Part shown: positions 1 through 8,178 of the stretch, one piece after another | Layout: every line of letters starts with the position of its first letter | Numbering within the stretch: position 1 is the stretch's first letter | NCBI GenBank assembly: GCA_045863335.1 | Contig: BTVY01000058.1 | Location: forward strand, 1 to 30,020 | Reading direction: 5' to 3' | DNA from: Candidatus Hydrogenedentota bacterium | GTDB lineage: Bacteria > Hydrogenedentota > Hydrogenedentia > Hydrogenedentales > SLHB01 | DNA length: 30,020 bases | Notes under the pieces: model-generated | Seen by the model: the letters and a program-made list of their open reading frames with translations, nothing else | What the model was told of the DNA's origin: nothing | Database searches by the model: none | Program-made: the position numbers and the translations under genes

Positions 1-40
1 ATTTATTTATTACAGAATTCGCGGTATTCCCAGATCTGCA

Positions 41-73
41 CCCCTTTGAAGGGGGATCAAGGGGGATGTTCTC
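41..73 (+). repeat. REP-like palindromic repeat, family A (CCCCCTT(C)GAAGGGGG-n-GGGGGATGTT), copy 1
   Basis: CCCCTTTGAAGGGGGATCAAGGGGGATGTTCTC; related copies at 13216-13249, 13453-13486 and 18915-18950. Confidence 0.8.
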
Positions 74-122
74 GCCTTGCACGCTCTGTGATGATGACGG
101 AAATTCACCACGGTGTCATTCG

Positions 123-3100
123 CTACCCGAGCGAAAACGCCACGTACGCGTCCCCCGAAGGCGTGCCCAGTTTGCCGCCTCCCGTTGCCGCGATTACCAC
201 AAACTCGCGGCCCTCCGCCTCGTAAATCGCCGGCGGCGCGTAGCCACCAAAGGGAAGCTCATGCTCCCACAGCACCGCGCCGGTGTCCGCATCAAAAGCG
301 CGAATAAGGTTGTCCGGCGTGCCGGCACAGAAGACCACGCCCCCTGCCGTCACGCTCGGACCCCCGAAGTTCTCGGTGCCCGTGTCGTCTTCGCCCCAGA
401 TGGCGAGTTCAGGGTAGTACCCGAGCGGCACCTGCCAGACGAGTTTGCCCGACGCGAGGTCAAGACAATTCAACGTGCCCCAGGGCGGCTCGCAGCCGGG
501 ATACCCTTCGTGGTCCAACAGCTTGGGATACCCATTGTGCGTGTAGCGCAGGGGGCCTCGCGCCGGATATTTGTTCTGCAAACCCTCCGGCACGTCGCGC
601 AGGAAGACGTAATCGATCAGGGAGTCAATTTCTTCATCCGAAACTGTCTCCGGGATCGCAGGCATGGCGTTGCGGCCGGATTTCAAGAGCGCGCGGACCT
701 CGTCATCGTCCGTGCGCCGCGCGAGCCCATGCAAGGGCGGAGCCATGCCCACGCCGAAGCGATCCGGCCCATGGCATTTCACGCAGTGCATGTCGTAAAC
801 CTTCCGGCCCGGCGTGGGCGGCACGTTGGGATCGTGCGCGATGGGGTCCGGCTGAAACACGGTGACGATCCACGGGATGTTATTCGCCGACACATACAGA
901 CGGCCGCTTCGCGGGTCGAAGGCCGCGCCCGTCCACTCCGCGCCGCCGTGAATTCCGTACAACACCGTCGGCTTGTTCTCCTCGAACGCCGCAAAGTACC
1001 CCAGGTTCGCGTTAGCGATCGCGTTCAGCACATGCTCCCGCGCTTCCGGGGTCCGGTTAGTCACATCCGCCTCGGTGAACGCCTGCCGCGCAAAGGGTTC
1101 AGGCAGTTCCGGCGCGGGCTGATACGGCCACGTGCGTTCGCCGGGCAGCCGCGACACCGGCGCCCGGCGTAAGCGAAAAGGGAAGAGGGGTTCTCCCGAT
1201 ACGCGGTCCAGCAGCAGCGTATTGCCCAGCTTTGTCACCTGCGCGACCGCGTCCACCTTGCGCCCCTGCCACTCGAGACTCACGAGGTTCGGCGGCGCGG
1301 GGATGTCCAGGTCCCAGATGTCATGCCGGATCTCCTGAAAATGCCAGCGCCGTTCTCCGGTCCGCGCATCCAGCGCGATTACGCAATTGGCGAAGAGGTT
1401 CTGTCCCGTGTGCGTGTTGCCCGCGAAGTTCGGTTTCGGCGAACCGGTCGACACGTACACGATCCCCCGTTGCTCGTCCAGCGCAATGCCGCCCCAACAG
1501 TTCGCACCGTCGCCGGGTTCGGACCACGTGTCGCCGCCGTACGCATCGGCGCCGGGAACGGTCTCGAAAGTCCAGCACCGCTCGCCGGTCACCGCGTTGT
1601 ACCCGAACACGTCACGAAGGAACCCCGGAACGATCACGATGTCCTCGAACACCGCGGCCGCGACCCGCACTTCGCCCGATACCACGCGACCACCGTCGCC
1701 AAAGTTTGAAACCGGATTACCGCTCGCCGGATCGATTGCCCACAAGTCGTTGCCCGAATTCACGAACAGGCGCGGACCTGCCGCATCGTTCCCCGGCCAG
1801 AACGTGAGGCCGCGAAAGGCAGGCCGCCCCTCCGGTTCAAAGCGCCACTGTTCTTCTCCCGTCGCGGCATTCACCGCAACCAGGTTCTCGCCCGAGGTCG
1901 GGGCGAACATCACGCCATCAACCACGATTGGATTGCATTGCACGTTGCCGGGCCCGTCCTTCGACCGGTACTCCCACGCAAGTTTCAATTGGCTCACGTT
2001 GTCGCGCGTGATCTGAATCAGCGAAGAGTACCGCGTGTTGTGCAGATCGCCGTGCGACCGCTGCCAGCACGCGAAAGTCTCGTCCGGCACGGGCAACGAC
2101 TCAGCCAGTGCCTCCGGCTTCGCGGCGGGAATGACTTGGAATTCGGGCAAGGCCGCGCGCCGCAACGGGTCTTCCACCTCGGGTGCGTTATGAAGCGCAC
2201 TCGTTTCGGACAGGTCGTCAAAGTTCCAAAGTTGCAACGTGGCATCATCTTCCGCAAGCGGCGCATCGGAAACCGTAACGGGCCGTATGCCCCGCGAGAT
2301 TCGCACGTCGTCGATCTCGCCGTCGCAGAAGAAATGCCCTTCGACAAGCCGCCCAATGGCGATACCGCCCGGATTTACCGGCACGTTCTTCGACTGCACC
2401 GTTTGCTCGGTCACCATCTCGCCATCGACATAAAGCCGGACGCGGTCCGGTTCGTAGTGCATCGCAACCTGATGCCACGACCCATCGCACAGGTTTCTGT
2501 TCGTACGCGTGTGGTCCGGTTCCAATCCCGGCGTGTAGACGCTCAGATTCCCCGAGCCCGCTTCCGTGAAGATCTCCCAATGCGCGCCGGAAGCCTTGGT
2601 ATCGTTGGCAACGAGAATGTTGTAGCTTGCGCTGCTGCGGAGTTTCGCGCGCAGTTCAACCGTGATCGGCGGCGTGCGATAGACATCCGACCCCTCCGCC
2701 ACGATGCCGCCGGACAGCGCCCTGCCGAAGGCGGGGGAGAGGCTCGCCACGCCTGCCGCGCCAGTTTCCCTGCCCACGCGCAAGGGCGGACGCGGCCCGG
2801 CGTCTTTCCCGTCGAGTTGCGCAACAAGCCAGTCGAGTCCGTCAAGGTTATCCGCCAGCGTTTCCTCCGCGTCGTCCATGGTGTGGCCGAGGACGCCGAC
2901 AGGCCCGGTGTATCCGCTTTCCGCGATGGTCCGCAGCATCGGCAAATCGAGTTCGCCGTTCCCCAACGGCAAGATCTTGTCGCCCACCTGATCGCCGCCG
3001 CGTTTCATGCCGTTCAGGTTGAGACACAGCAGGTACGGTTTCATCACTTCCAGCAGTTCCGGAAACCGGTCGATGTGCCCATGGCCGTGGTGGAGGTTGT

Positions 3101-3692
3101 ACACGAGTCCCACATTCGGCGCGCCGAGCGCCTTTAAGATTTCGATCTGATTCTCCGGCTCGCCGAACCAGCCACCGTGGTTGTAAAGTCCGACCGTGCA
3201 CCCGATCTCCGCCGCCGCCGCGACAATGGGCCGCAACGCCTCCACGTGGTCGCGCACGCGCTGTGCATGTTCCTCCGGCGTGCACGCGATCTCGCCGCCA
3301 TGCATGCTGACCCACAGCTCCGTCTGCACGTTATGCCGCTTCAGCGCGTCGAGGATCGCCTTCGCCTCGTCGTTCAACGCGCCGGGAAACCAGAAGGCCT
3401 GGAGCTTGATGCCCCACCGGTTGAGTGTCTCGATCTCCTCATCGAAGGTCGGGATATGCTCCGCCCGCCAGTCGTAGGCCAGCATGGAAATGCCCAGCCG
3501 CGACAACATTTCCGCCCGCGCTTCCGGCCCCCGCTTCTTCGAGTCGAACGGCACAATGCACCACGCCACCAGATTCTCGCGATCGAAGATGGCCGTGTTC
3601 AGCGTTTCACTCGGTGCGGGTTCCTGCGCGGAACCAGCGAATGCTGACCCCAACAGAAGAACTGCGAAAAGGAAAGCGGCAGACATTCTCAT
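123..3692 (-). CDS. Secreted multidomain quinohemoprotein: xylose-isomerase-like TIM barrel + LamG + PQQ-dependent (glucose dehydrogenase-like) beta-propeller with inserted cytochrome c
   Basis: Likely start MRMSAAFLFAVLLLGSAFAGSA at 3692, with GGAG upstream and a Sec signal. TIM-barrel region AWCIVPFD...GLYNHGGW...GPVGVLGH. LamG DGSWHQVA...RLYVDG...DGEIDDVRIS. PQQ motifs TRYSSLIQITRDNVSQLKLAW, GANCWGG, HDIWDLD, PPWGTL, ENFGGP. Heme motif CVKCH at 771-785 followed by AMP. Confidence 0.85.
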   Translation of the reverse strand: MRMSAAFLFAVLLLGSAFAGSAQEPAPSETLNTAIFDRENLVAWCIVPFDSKKRGPEARAEMLSRLGISMLAYDWRAEHIPTFDEEIETLNRWGIKLQAFWFPGALNDEAKAILDALKRHNVQTELWVSMHGGEIACTPEEHAQRVRDHVEALRPIVAAAAEIGCTVGLYNHGGWFGEPENQIEILKALGAPNVGLVYNLHHGHGHIDRFPELLEVMKPYLLCLNLNGMKRGGDQVGDKILPLGNGELDLPMLRTIAESGYTGPVGVLGHTMDDAEETLADNLDGLDWLVAQLDGKDAGPRPPLRVGRETGAAGVASLSPAFGRALSGGIVAEGSDVYRTPPITVELRAKLRSSASYNILVANDTKASGAHWEIFTEAGSGNLSVYTPGLEPDHTRTNRNLCDGSWHQVAMHYEPDRVRLYVDGEMVTEQTVQSKNVPVNPGGIAIGRLVEGHFFCDGEIDDVRISRGIRPVTVSDAPLAEDDATLQLWNFDDLSETSALHNAPEVEDPLRRAALPEFQVIPAAKPEALAESLPVPDETFACWQRSHGDLHNTRYSSLIQITRDNVSQLKLAWEYRSKDGPGNVQCNPIVVDGVMFAPTSGENLVAVNAATGEEQWRFEPEGRPAFRGLTFWPGNDAAGPRLFVNSGNDLWAIDPASGNPVSNFGDGGRVVSGEVRVAAAVFEDIVIVPGFLRDVFGYNAVTGERCWTFETVPGADAYGGDTWSEPGDGANCWGGIALDEQRGIVYVSTGSPKPNFAGNTHTGQNLFANCVIALDARTGERRWHFQEIRHDIWDLDIPAPPNLVSLEWQGRKVDAVAQVTKLGNTLLLDRVSGEPLFPFRLRRAPVSRLPGERTWPYQPAPELPEPFARQAFTEADVTNRTPEAREHVLNAIANANLGYFAAFEENKPTVLYGIHGGAEWTGAAFDPRSGRLYVSANNIPWIVTVFQPDPIAHDPNVPPTPGRKVYDMHCVKCHGPDRFGVGMAPPLHGLARRTDDDEVRALLKSGRNAMPAIPETVSDEEIDSLIDYVFLRDVPEGLQNKYPARGPLRYTHNGYPKLLDHEGYPGCEPPWGTLNCLDLASGKLVWQVPLGYYPELAIWGEDDTGTENFGGPSVTAGGVVFCAGTPDNLIRAFDADTGAVLWEHELPFGGYAPPAIYEAEGREFVVIAATGGGKLGTPSGDAYVAFSLG

Positions 3693-3909
3693 TATGAATG
3701 CTCCGTGATTGTGCTGCGCCGAACAAGGCCGGCATGGACAGCATTCTGTAGAAACCAAAGGTACGATTGTCACCAGGAGGAGAGTATACATTCTGACGAA
3801 CCGGAATCGCGCACCGCCGTCCTCCGATATACCTGTCGCAAGCCAACGGATCGCAGGAGACGACCAACGGGTCACTCGGAATGAACCTAACCGCGTACAT
3901 CGTCGATTC

Positions 3910-4139
3910 GTAACTGTTTAGCCGATTGGCGTGGCATTCATCGAAACGCCGAGACCTGCGTAATCTCCCCACGCCGTCATCCCCGCGAAGGCGGGGACCC
4001 ATCTTCGGTTAACCAAGCGCGATGTACAACCGTCCAGCAGCCGCGCCTTACCCGCACCGCCAACAAAGATGGACCCCCGCCTGCGCGGGGGTGACGGTGT
4101 GGGCGTGAAAAACGCTTTGCGATTCGGCTAAACAGTTAC
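3910..4139. mobile_element. MITE-like non-autonomous element (230 bp) enclosing an inverted pair of REP-like hairpins
   Basis: Perfect 16-bp terminal IR GTAACTGTTTAGCCGA (3910-3925) / TCGGCTAAACAGTTAC (4124-4139). Flanking 8-bp direct repeat GTCGATTC (3902-3909) / GTCGATCC (4140-4147). Internal 38-bp IR at 3968-4005 / 4066-4103 (33/38 match). Confidence 0.75.
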
Positions 4140-4191
4140 GTCGATCCTAATCTTCAAACCGCTTCACGATGTCTCGGATGTAGGACTCTAA

Positions 4192-5688
4192 TTAATCTCC
4201 GCTGACACGGTCCCCGAACTTGCCCGTCCATCTCGAGTCTTTACCCTCAATGGTAAGATGATTTATCTGCTCTTTCCTAAATGTAAACTTCATTGCATCT
4301 ACCCTTGCCAAATGCGACAGAAGCGCGTCCTTCAACTCCACGACAACGTCCATATTCGCGCGCGCGAGGCAGGCGCTCTCCCCCGGGTCGTGAGCGAGGT
4401 TGTAGAGTTCGATCCGGTGTGGATCATAGAACTCAACAAATTTCCAATCCCCCCGCCGCACCGCAGCCCCCGGTTGCTTCGATTTCGAATAGTGGGGGTA
4501 ATACCAGAACAAGGACCGCTCGTCGAGCTTCCCCGAACCGTCCAACACTGGCGCGAGGTCGACGCCATCCAAATCGTCGGTCGACACCGGACCCAGTCCC
4601 GCCGCATTGACGAGCGTGGGGAAGAGGTCGGTCCCAATAACCGGTTCTTCGCAGGTGGCGCCCGCTGCGACGTGCCCCGGCCAGCGCAGGATCAGCGGCA
4701 CGCGAATCCCGCCTTCATAGACCCAACTCTTGCTCTCCCGCAACGGGGCATTGGTCGTGGCATCCTCCTCGCCGCCGTTGTCGGAGAAGAACACGACGAT
4801 CGTATCTTCCGCGAGATCCAGCCGATCCAGCGTCTCCAGAACGCGTCCCACGTTGTCGTCGACCTTCTCCACCATCGCCGCGTAGGTCGGGTCCACGCCC
4901 GTGTCGCGACCTTCGAACTTCTTCGTGTACTTCTCCACCAACTCCGCCGGCGCCTGCAACGGCGTGTGCACGGCGTAGTAACTCAGGTACAGGAAAAACG
5001 GGTTATCCCGATTCTTCTCGATAAACGCAATCGACTCGTCCGTGAGCCGGTCGGTCAGATACTCGCCGGGTTCGCGGCTCGCGAGCGTCGGGATCGACGG
5101 GTTCCACTCCTGCCCGGGCTTTTCGTAGGGATCGAAGTACGATGGCGGACTGCCGTGCGTCCATCCCGCAACGTTGACATCGAACCCGTGGTCCTCCGGC
5201 CAGAACCCTTGCTCGCCCAAATGCCACTTCCCGATACTCGCGCTCACGTATCCCGCCGGTTTCAACGCCTCCGCGAGCGTGACCTCCTCGTGCCGCAAGT
5301 ACATATAGTCATCAGGCGGAATGATCCGGCTGTCGTCGGGGTAGCGGTGTTTGCCGATCGCCGTGATGTGGCCCGTGAAATGCAATCGCGCCGGGTCCTT
5401 GCCGGTAAGCAACGCAGCGCGACTCGGCGAGCACACCGGACAGTTCGCATAGGCCTGCGTGAACCGTATCCCCTGCGTCGCAAGCCGGTCGATGTTCGGC
5501 GTCTCGAAGACGTCCCCCCGGCCATAACACCCAAGGTCGCGCCATCCCAAGTCGTCGACGAGGATGAGCACAACGTTCGGCGGGCGTGTCGCTTCCTGTG
5601 CGCCCGCAAAACGTATCGCAGGCAACGCCGCCGCAGCGGCGGCCAAAAACTCCCGCCGCGACAACGCGGGCATGAAAGACTTGGGCAT
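4192..5688 (-). CDS. Tat-exported formylglycine-dependent (S1) sulfatase
   Basis: SRREFL twin-arginine signal; PNVVLILVDDLGW, CSPSRAALLTG, GKWHLG, AVHTP, SDNGG, YEGGIRVP, ELYNL. Confidence 0.95.
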   Translation of the reverse strand: MPKSFMPALSRREFLAAAAAALPAIRFAGAQEATRPPNVVLILVDDLGWRDLGCYGRGDVFETPNIDRLATQGIRFTQAYANCPVCSPSRAALLTGKDPARLHFTGHITAIGKHRYPDDSRIIPPDDYMYLRHEEVTLAEALKPAGYVSASIGKWHLGEQGFWPEDHGFDVNVAGWTHGSPPSYFDPYEKPGQEWNPSIPTLASREPGEYLTDRLTDESIAFIEKNRDNPFFLYLSYYAVHTPLQAPAELVEKYTKKFEGRDTGVDPTYAAMVEKVDDNVGRVLETLDRLDLAEDTIVVFFSDNGGEEDATTNAPLRESKSWVYEGGIRVPLILRWPGHVAAGATCEEPVIGTDLFPTLVNAAGLGPVSTDDLDGVDLAPVLDGSGKLDERSLFWYYPHYSKSKQPGAAVRRGDWKFVEFYDPHRIELYNLAHDPGESACLARANMDVVVELKDALLSHLARVDAMKFTFRKEQINHLTIEGKDSRWTGKFGDRVSGD

Positions 5689-5702
5689 CTACTTGGTTCC
5701 TC

Positions 5703-5776
5703 CCTGTAGCGCCCGCCTTCCACGGCGGGCGTCTTCGCCCCGAACCACGCCGGGGGTAGAACCCAAGCGCTACAGG
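5703..5776. repeat. GTAG-type REP pair in inverted orientation (REPIN-like)
   Basis: CCTGTAGCGC (5703-5712) / GCGCTACAGG (5767-5776) IR. The left copy is GTAG + hairpin CGCCCGCC-ttccac-GGCGGGCG; the right copy is a degenerate hairpin ending in CTAC. Confidence 0.7.
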
Positions 5777-5790
5777 AACATCTGATGCGA

Positions 5791-6696
5791 CTATGCCCCC
5801 ACCAACTCCTCCACGAACGCCCGCGCCTTCTTCGCTTCCTCCAGCAACTGCGGCAGTTCGCCCGGCGCAAGGCATTCGATGATCAAAGGTCCCCCGGTAA
5901 AGCCGCCCGCCTTCAACTTCTCCATCACCGCGGGAAAATCCACCTGCCCGGTGCCGGGCGTCAGATCGACAACCTTCGGCGGGAGATAATCCTTCACCGA
6001 CATGCCGACCACCAGTCCGTCCACCGTCGGCGCGTCCTCGATCGGGTTCAACGCGCCGTCGGAGTAATAGAAAATGTTGCCGGGGTCGTACCACACGCGG
6101 AAGTTGTCGCTGCCCACGCTGTCGATCAACGCGCGCAACTCCGCCCCCGTCGCGTTCGTGCCGCCGTGGGGCTTCACGCTGAGGCCGATGCCCTTCTCCT
6201 TGGCGTAGCCGCAACACTCGGCAATGGCCTTGTAATAGGGATCGTGCTGGGTCTGATCCGTCACGCCGCCCATCATAAGGTTCGTCGCGCCCGCCGCCTC
6301 GGTGTTGTCGATGAGGTGCCGCAACCCCGCGATCCCCGCTTCCAACGATTCGTGCACCGGGATGCCGCCGCCGTAGATGGACGGCACCGCAAGATTCCGC
6401 GCCTTGCACGCCTCGCCCACCTGCGCCGCTTCTTCCAACGTGGTATCCACCGAGATCACGAGGTGCGAAGGCGAGTTGGTCGTCATAAGACCAACATAGG
6501 AAAAGCCCGCTTCCGCAATCGCGTCGAGCGCAACGGTGTAGTCGAACTTCGCCCAGGGCCGCGTGTAACAGCCAATCTGCCATCCCGCCGATGGGTCCTG
6601 CGAAAAGGCGAGGGGGGCGCTGAGCGCCCCCACCACACCCAGTCCAGCCACCCTGGACAAAAACTGTCTGCGGCTCGGCCGCGTGATATCAATCAT
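5791..6696 (-). CDS. Tat-exported sugar phosphate isomerase/epimerase family (xylose-isomerase-like TIM barrel) protein
   Basis: SRRQFL Tat motif; LSVKPHGG, WYDPGN, SVKD, PGTGQVDF, GFTGGPLIIE; starts 3 bp after the upstream stop. Confidence 0.88.
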   Translation of the reverse strand: MIDITRPSRRQFLSRVAGLGVVGALSAPLAFSQDPSAGWQIGCYTRPWAKFDYTVALDAIAEAGFSYVGLMTTNSPSHLVISVDTTLEEAAQVGEACKARNLAVPSIYGGGIPVHESLEAGIAGLRHLIDNTEAAGATNLMMGGVTDQTQHDPYYKAIAECCGYAKEKGIGLSVKPHGGTNATGAELRALIDSVGSDNFRVWYDPGNIFYYSDGALNPIEDAPTVDGLVVGMSVKDYLPPKVVDLTPGTGQVDFPAVMEKLKAGGFTGGPLIIECLAPGELPQLLEEAKKARAFVEELVGA

Positions 6697-6699
6697 GAT

Positions 6700-7950
6700 C
6701 TATCCCTTCCGGATTTCGCGCTTCTCGGCATCGTATACCAGGCGGCGGCCCGAGTCGTAGGCCATCATCGCCATGATCACGGCTACGCCATGCTGGTAAC
6801 CCGCGTCGATGGAGGCGTTCGGCGTTTCCCGGCTCCGCAAGCACTGCAACCAGTTCAGGAAATGGTCGGGCATTTCCACCGGTTCGATAGCCTGCTTCTC
6901 CTTCATCGACGTCTTCTCTGTGTTAATGCCGTCGGTCGTCATGACCGGCGCATTCCAATCCTGAAGATCAAACACGGCCTGGTCGCCGATGATCTTGAAG
7001 CTGTTCGCGCTGCCGTTCCCGAAGTTGGTCGAGTACGTCACCATGAACCCGTCGGGATACGTCCACAACGCCTGCACGTGATCCGGCGCCGTGAATTTGT
7101 AGTCATCGACCCACGTGTACGAGCCGCCCAGGCACACGCAGGACTCCGGGAACTGCGCCCCGGTGATGTAATGGACCAGGTCGATGTAGTGACTGCCTAG
7201 CCCCGGCACGGGCCCGTCGGAGAAGTCGCGGTAACCGTACCAACCGGAGTACACGGCAGGATCAAAAGGCCGGTCTTCCCGCATTGACAGGAACTCTTTC
7301 CAATCGACGTCTTCTTCCTTCACGTCTTTCAGGTAGCTATACCAATACGGCTGGTGGCTGTTCCTGCATTGCTCGATACGGCCTACCGTGCCTTGCACAC
7401 CGGTCTTGTACAACTCCTTCACGCCCGTCATGCTCGGAAGACTCCGCAACTGCGTGCCGATCTGGCAGACGACGCCGGCCTCCTTCACCGCGTCGCAAGC
7501 GGACTTCAACGACTCGAGATCCATGGACAGCGGCTTCTCGCAGTACACATCCTTGCCGGCCTTCGCCGCCGCTTCCAGGTGCAACGTGTGTACGTGGTCG
7601 CAGGACGCAATCATCACGGCATCGATATCGTCCAGCTCCAGCAGATCGCGATACGACACGAACTGCCGCGCATCGACGTTGTACCACTCCTTGCACTTCG
7701 CCGCCGCTTCTTCCCGGCGAAGCCGCCACGGATCGGCAACCGCGGTGAATTCGACGTTTTGGTCGGCGGCATGCTTGTTCACCCCGCCCATGTGCGCGCC
7801 AACGCCCCGGCTGCCGCAGCCGATCATGCCGATCGAGATGCGTTCGTTGGCGCCCTTCACGCGGGCGTAGCTCGCGGCGCTCATGCTGATTGCCGCCGCC
7901 CCGACCGACGCGGTCTTGAGAAAGTCACGACGTGTACTTAACTTGGACAT
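6700..7950 (-). CDS. Tat-exported Gfo/Idh/MocA family NAD(P)-dependent oxidoreductase
   Basis: Start MSKLSTRRDFLK at 7950 after GAAGGGGG; IGCGSRG, IDAVMIASCDHVH, YCEKP, QIGTQLRS, SHYID. Confidence 0.93.
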   Translation of the reverse strand: MSKLSTRRDFLKTASVGAAAISMSAASYARVKGANERISIGMIGCGSRGVGAHMGGVNKHAADQNVEFTAVADPWRLRREEAAAKCKEWYNVDARQFVSYRDLLELDDIDAVMIASCDHVHTLHLEAAAKAGKDVYCEKPLSMDLESLKSACDAVKEAGVVCQIGTQLRSLPSMTGVKELYKTGVQGTVGRIEQCRNSHQPYWYSYLKDVKEEDVDWKEFLSMREDRPFDPAVYSGWYGYRDFSDGPVPGLGSHYIDLVHYITGAQFPESCVCLGGSYTWVDDYKFTAPDHVQALWTYPDGFMVTYSTNFGNGSANSFKIIGDQAVFDLQDWNAPVMTTDGINTEKTSMKEKQAIEPVEMPDHFLNWLQCLRSRETPNASIDAGYQHGVAVIMAMMAYDSGRRLVYDAEKREIRKG

Positions 7951-8124
7951 GGGATATCCCCCTTCTTTCGTGTGGCTCTTCGCTCCGCATCGAACGCCAC
8001 GGGATTGATTCCGAAACACTCCCCCCAATTCTGCGACGATGGGGAAGCGAATTCAAGGCGACCGAACGAAATGGGATCCCTGCAGCGATGCGCTGCACCT
8101 TGTTTTGGCATAATCAGCAATGTG

Positions 8125-8172
8125 ACTTGTAAATTATAAAGGTACGCTTTATAATTTCTACAAGTTAGGAGG
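8125..8172 (+). promoter_or_regulatory. Sigma70-type promoter within a long palindrome (putative operator), plus RBS
   Basis: TTGTAA (8127-8132)-17 bp-TATAAT (8150-8155). Palindrome ACTTGT-AAATTATAAAG-gtacg-CTTTATAATTT-ct-ACAAGT (8125-8165). AGGAGG at 8167-8172. Confidence 0.75.
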
Positions 8173-8178
8173 CGTCCC

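Noticed and set aside
1305-1325. WDLD as a lanthanide-binding D-x-D signature
   Set aside because: That rule applies to methanol/ethanol dehydrogenases. Glucose-dehydrogenase-like PQQ enzymes have WDxD anyway, and the vicinal Cys-Cys of MDH/ADH is absent.
3693-3875. 61-aa N-terminal extension of the PQQ protein in the ORF track (with CCPCRPC)
   Set aside because: The RBS and signal peptide point to ATG 3692, so the extension is probably untranslated. The same applies to track starts at 8028, 10443, 14665, 15562 and 29843.
66-7200. Long plus-strand ORFs (66-1172, 1938-3137, 4258-5709, 5785-7200)
   Set aside because: Antisense shadows of well-supported minus-strand genes in GC-rich DNA; Arg/His/Val-rich with no motifs.
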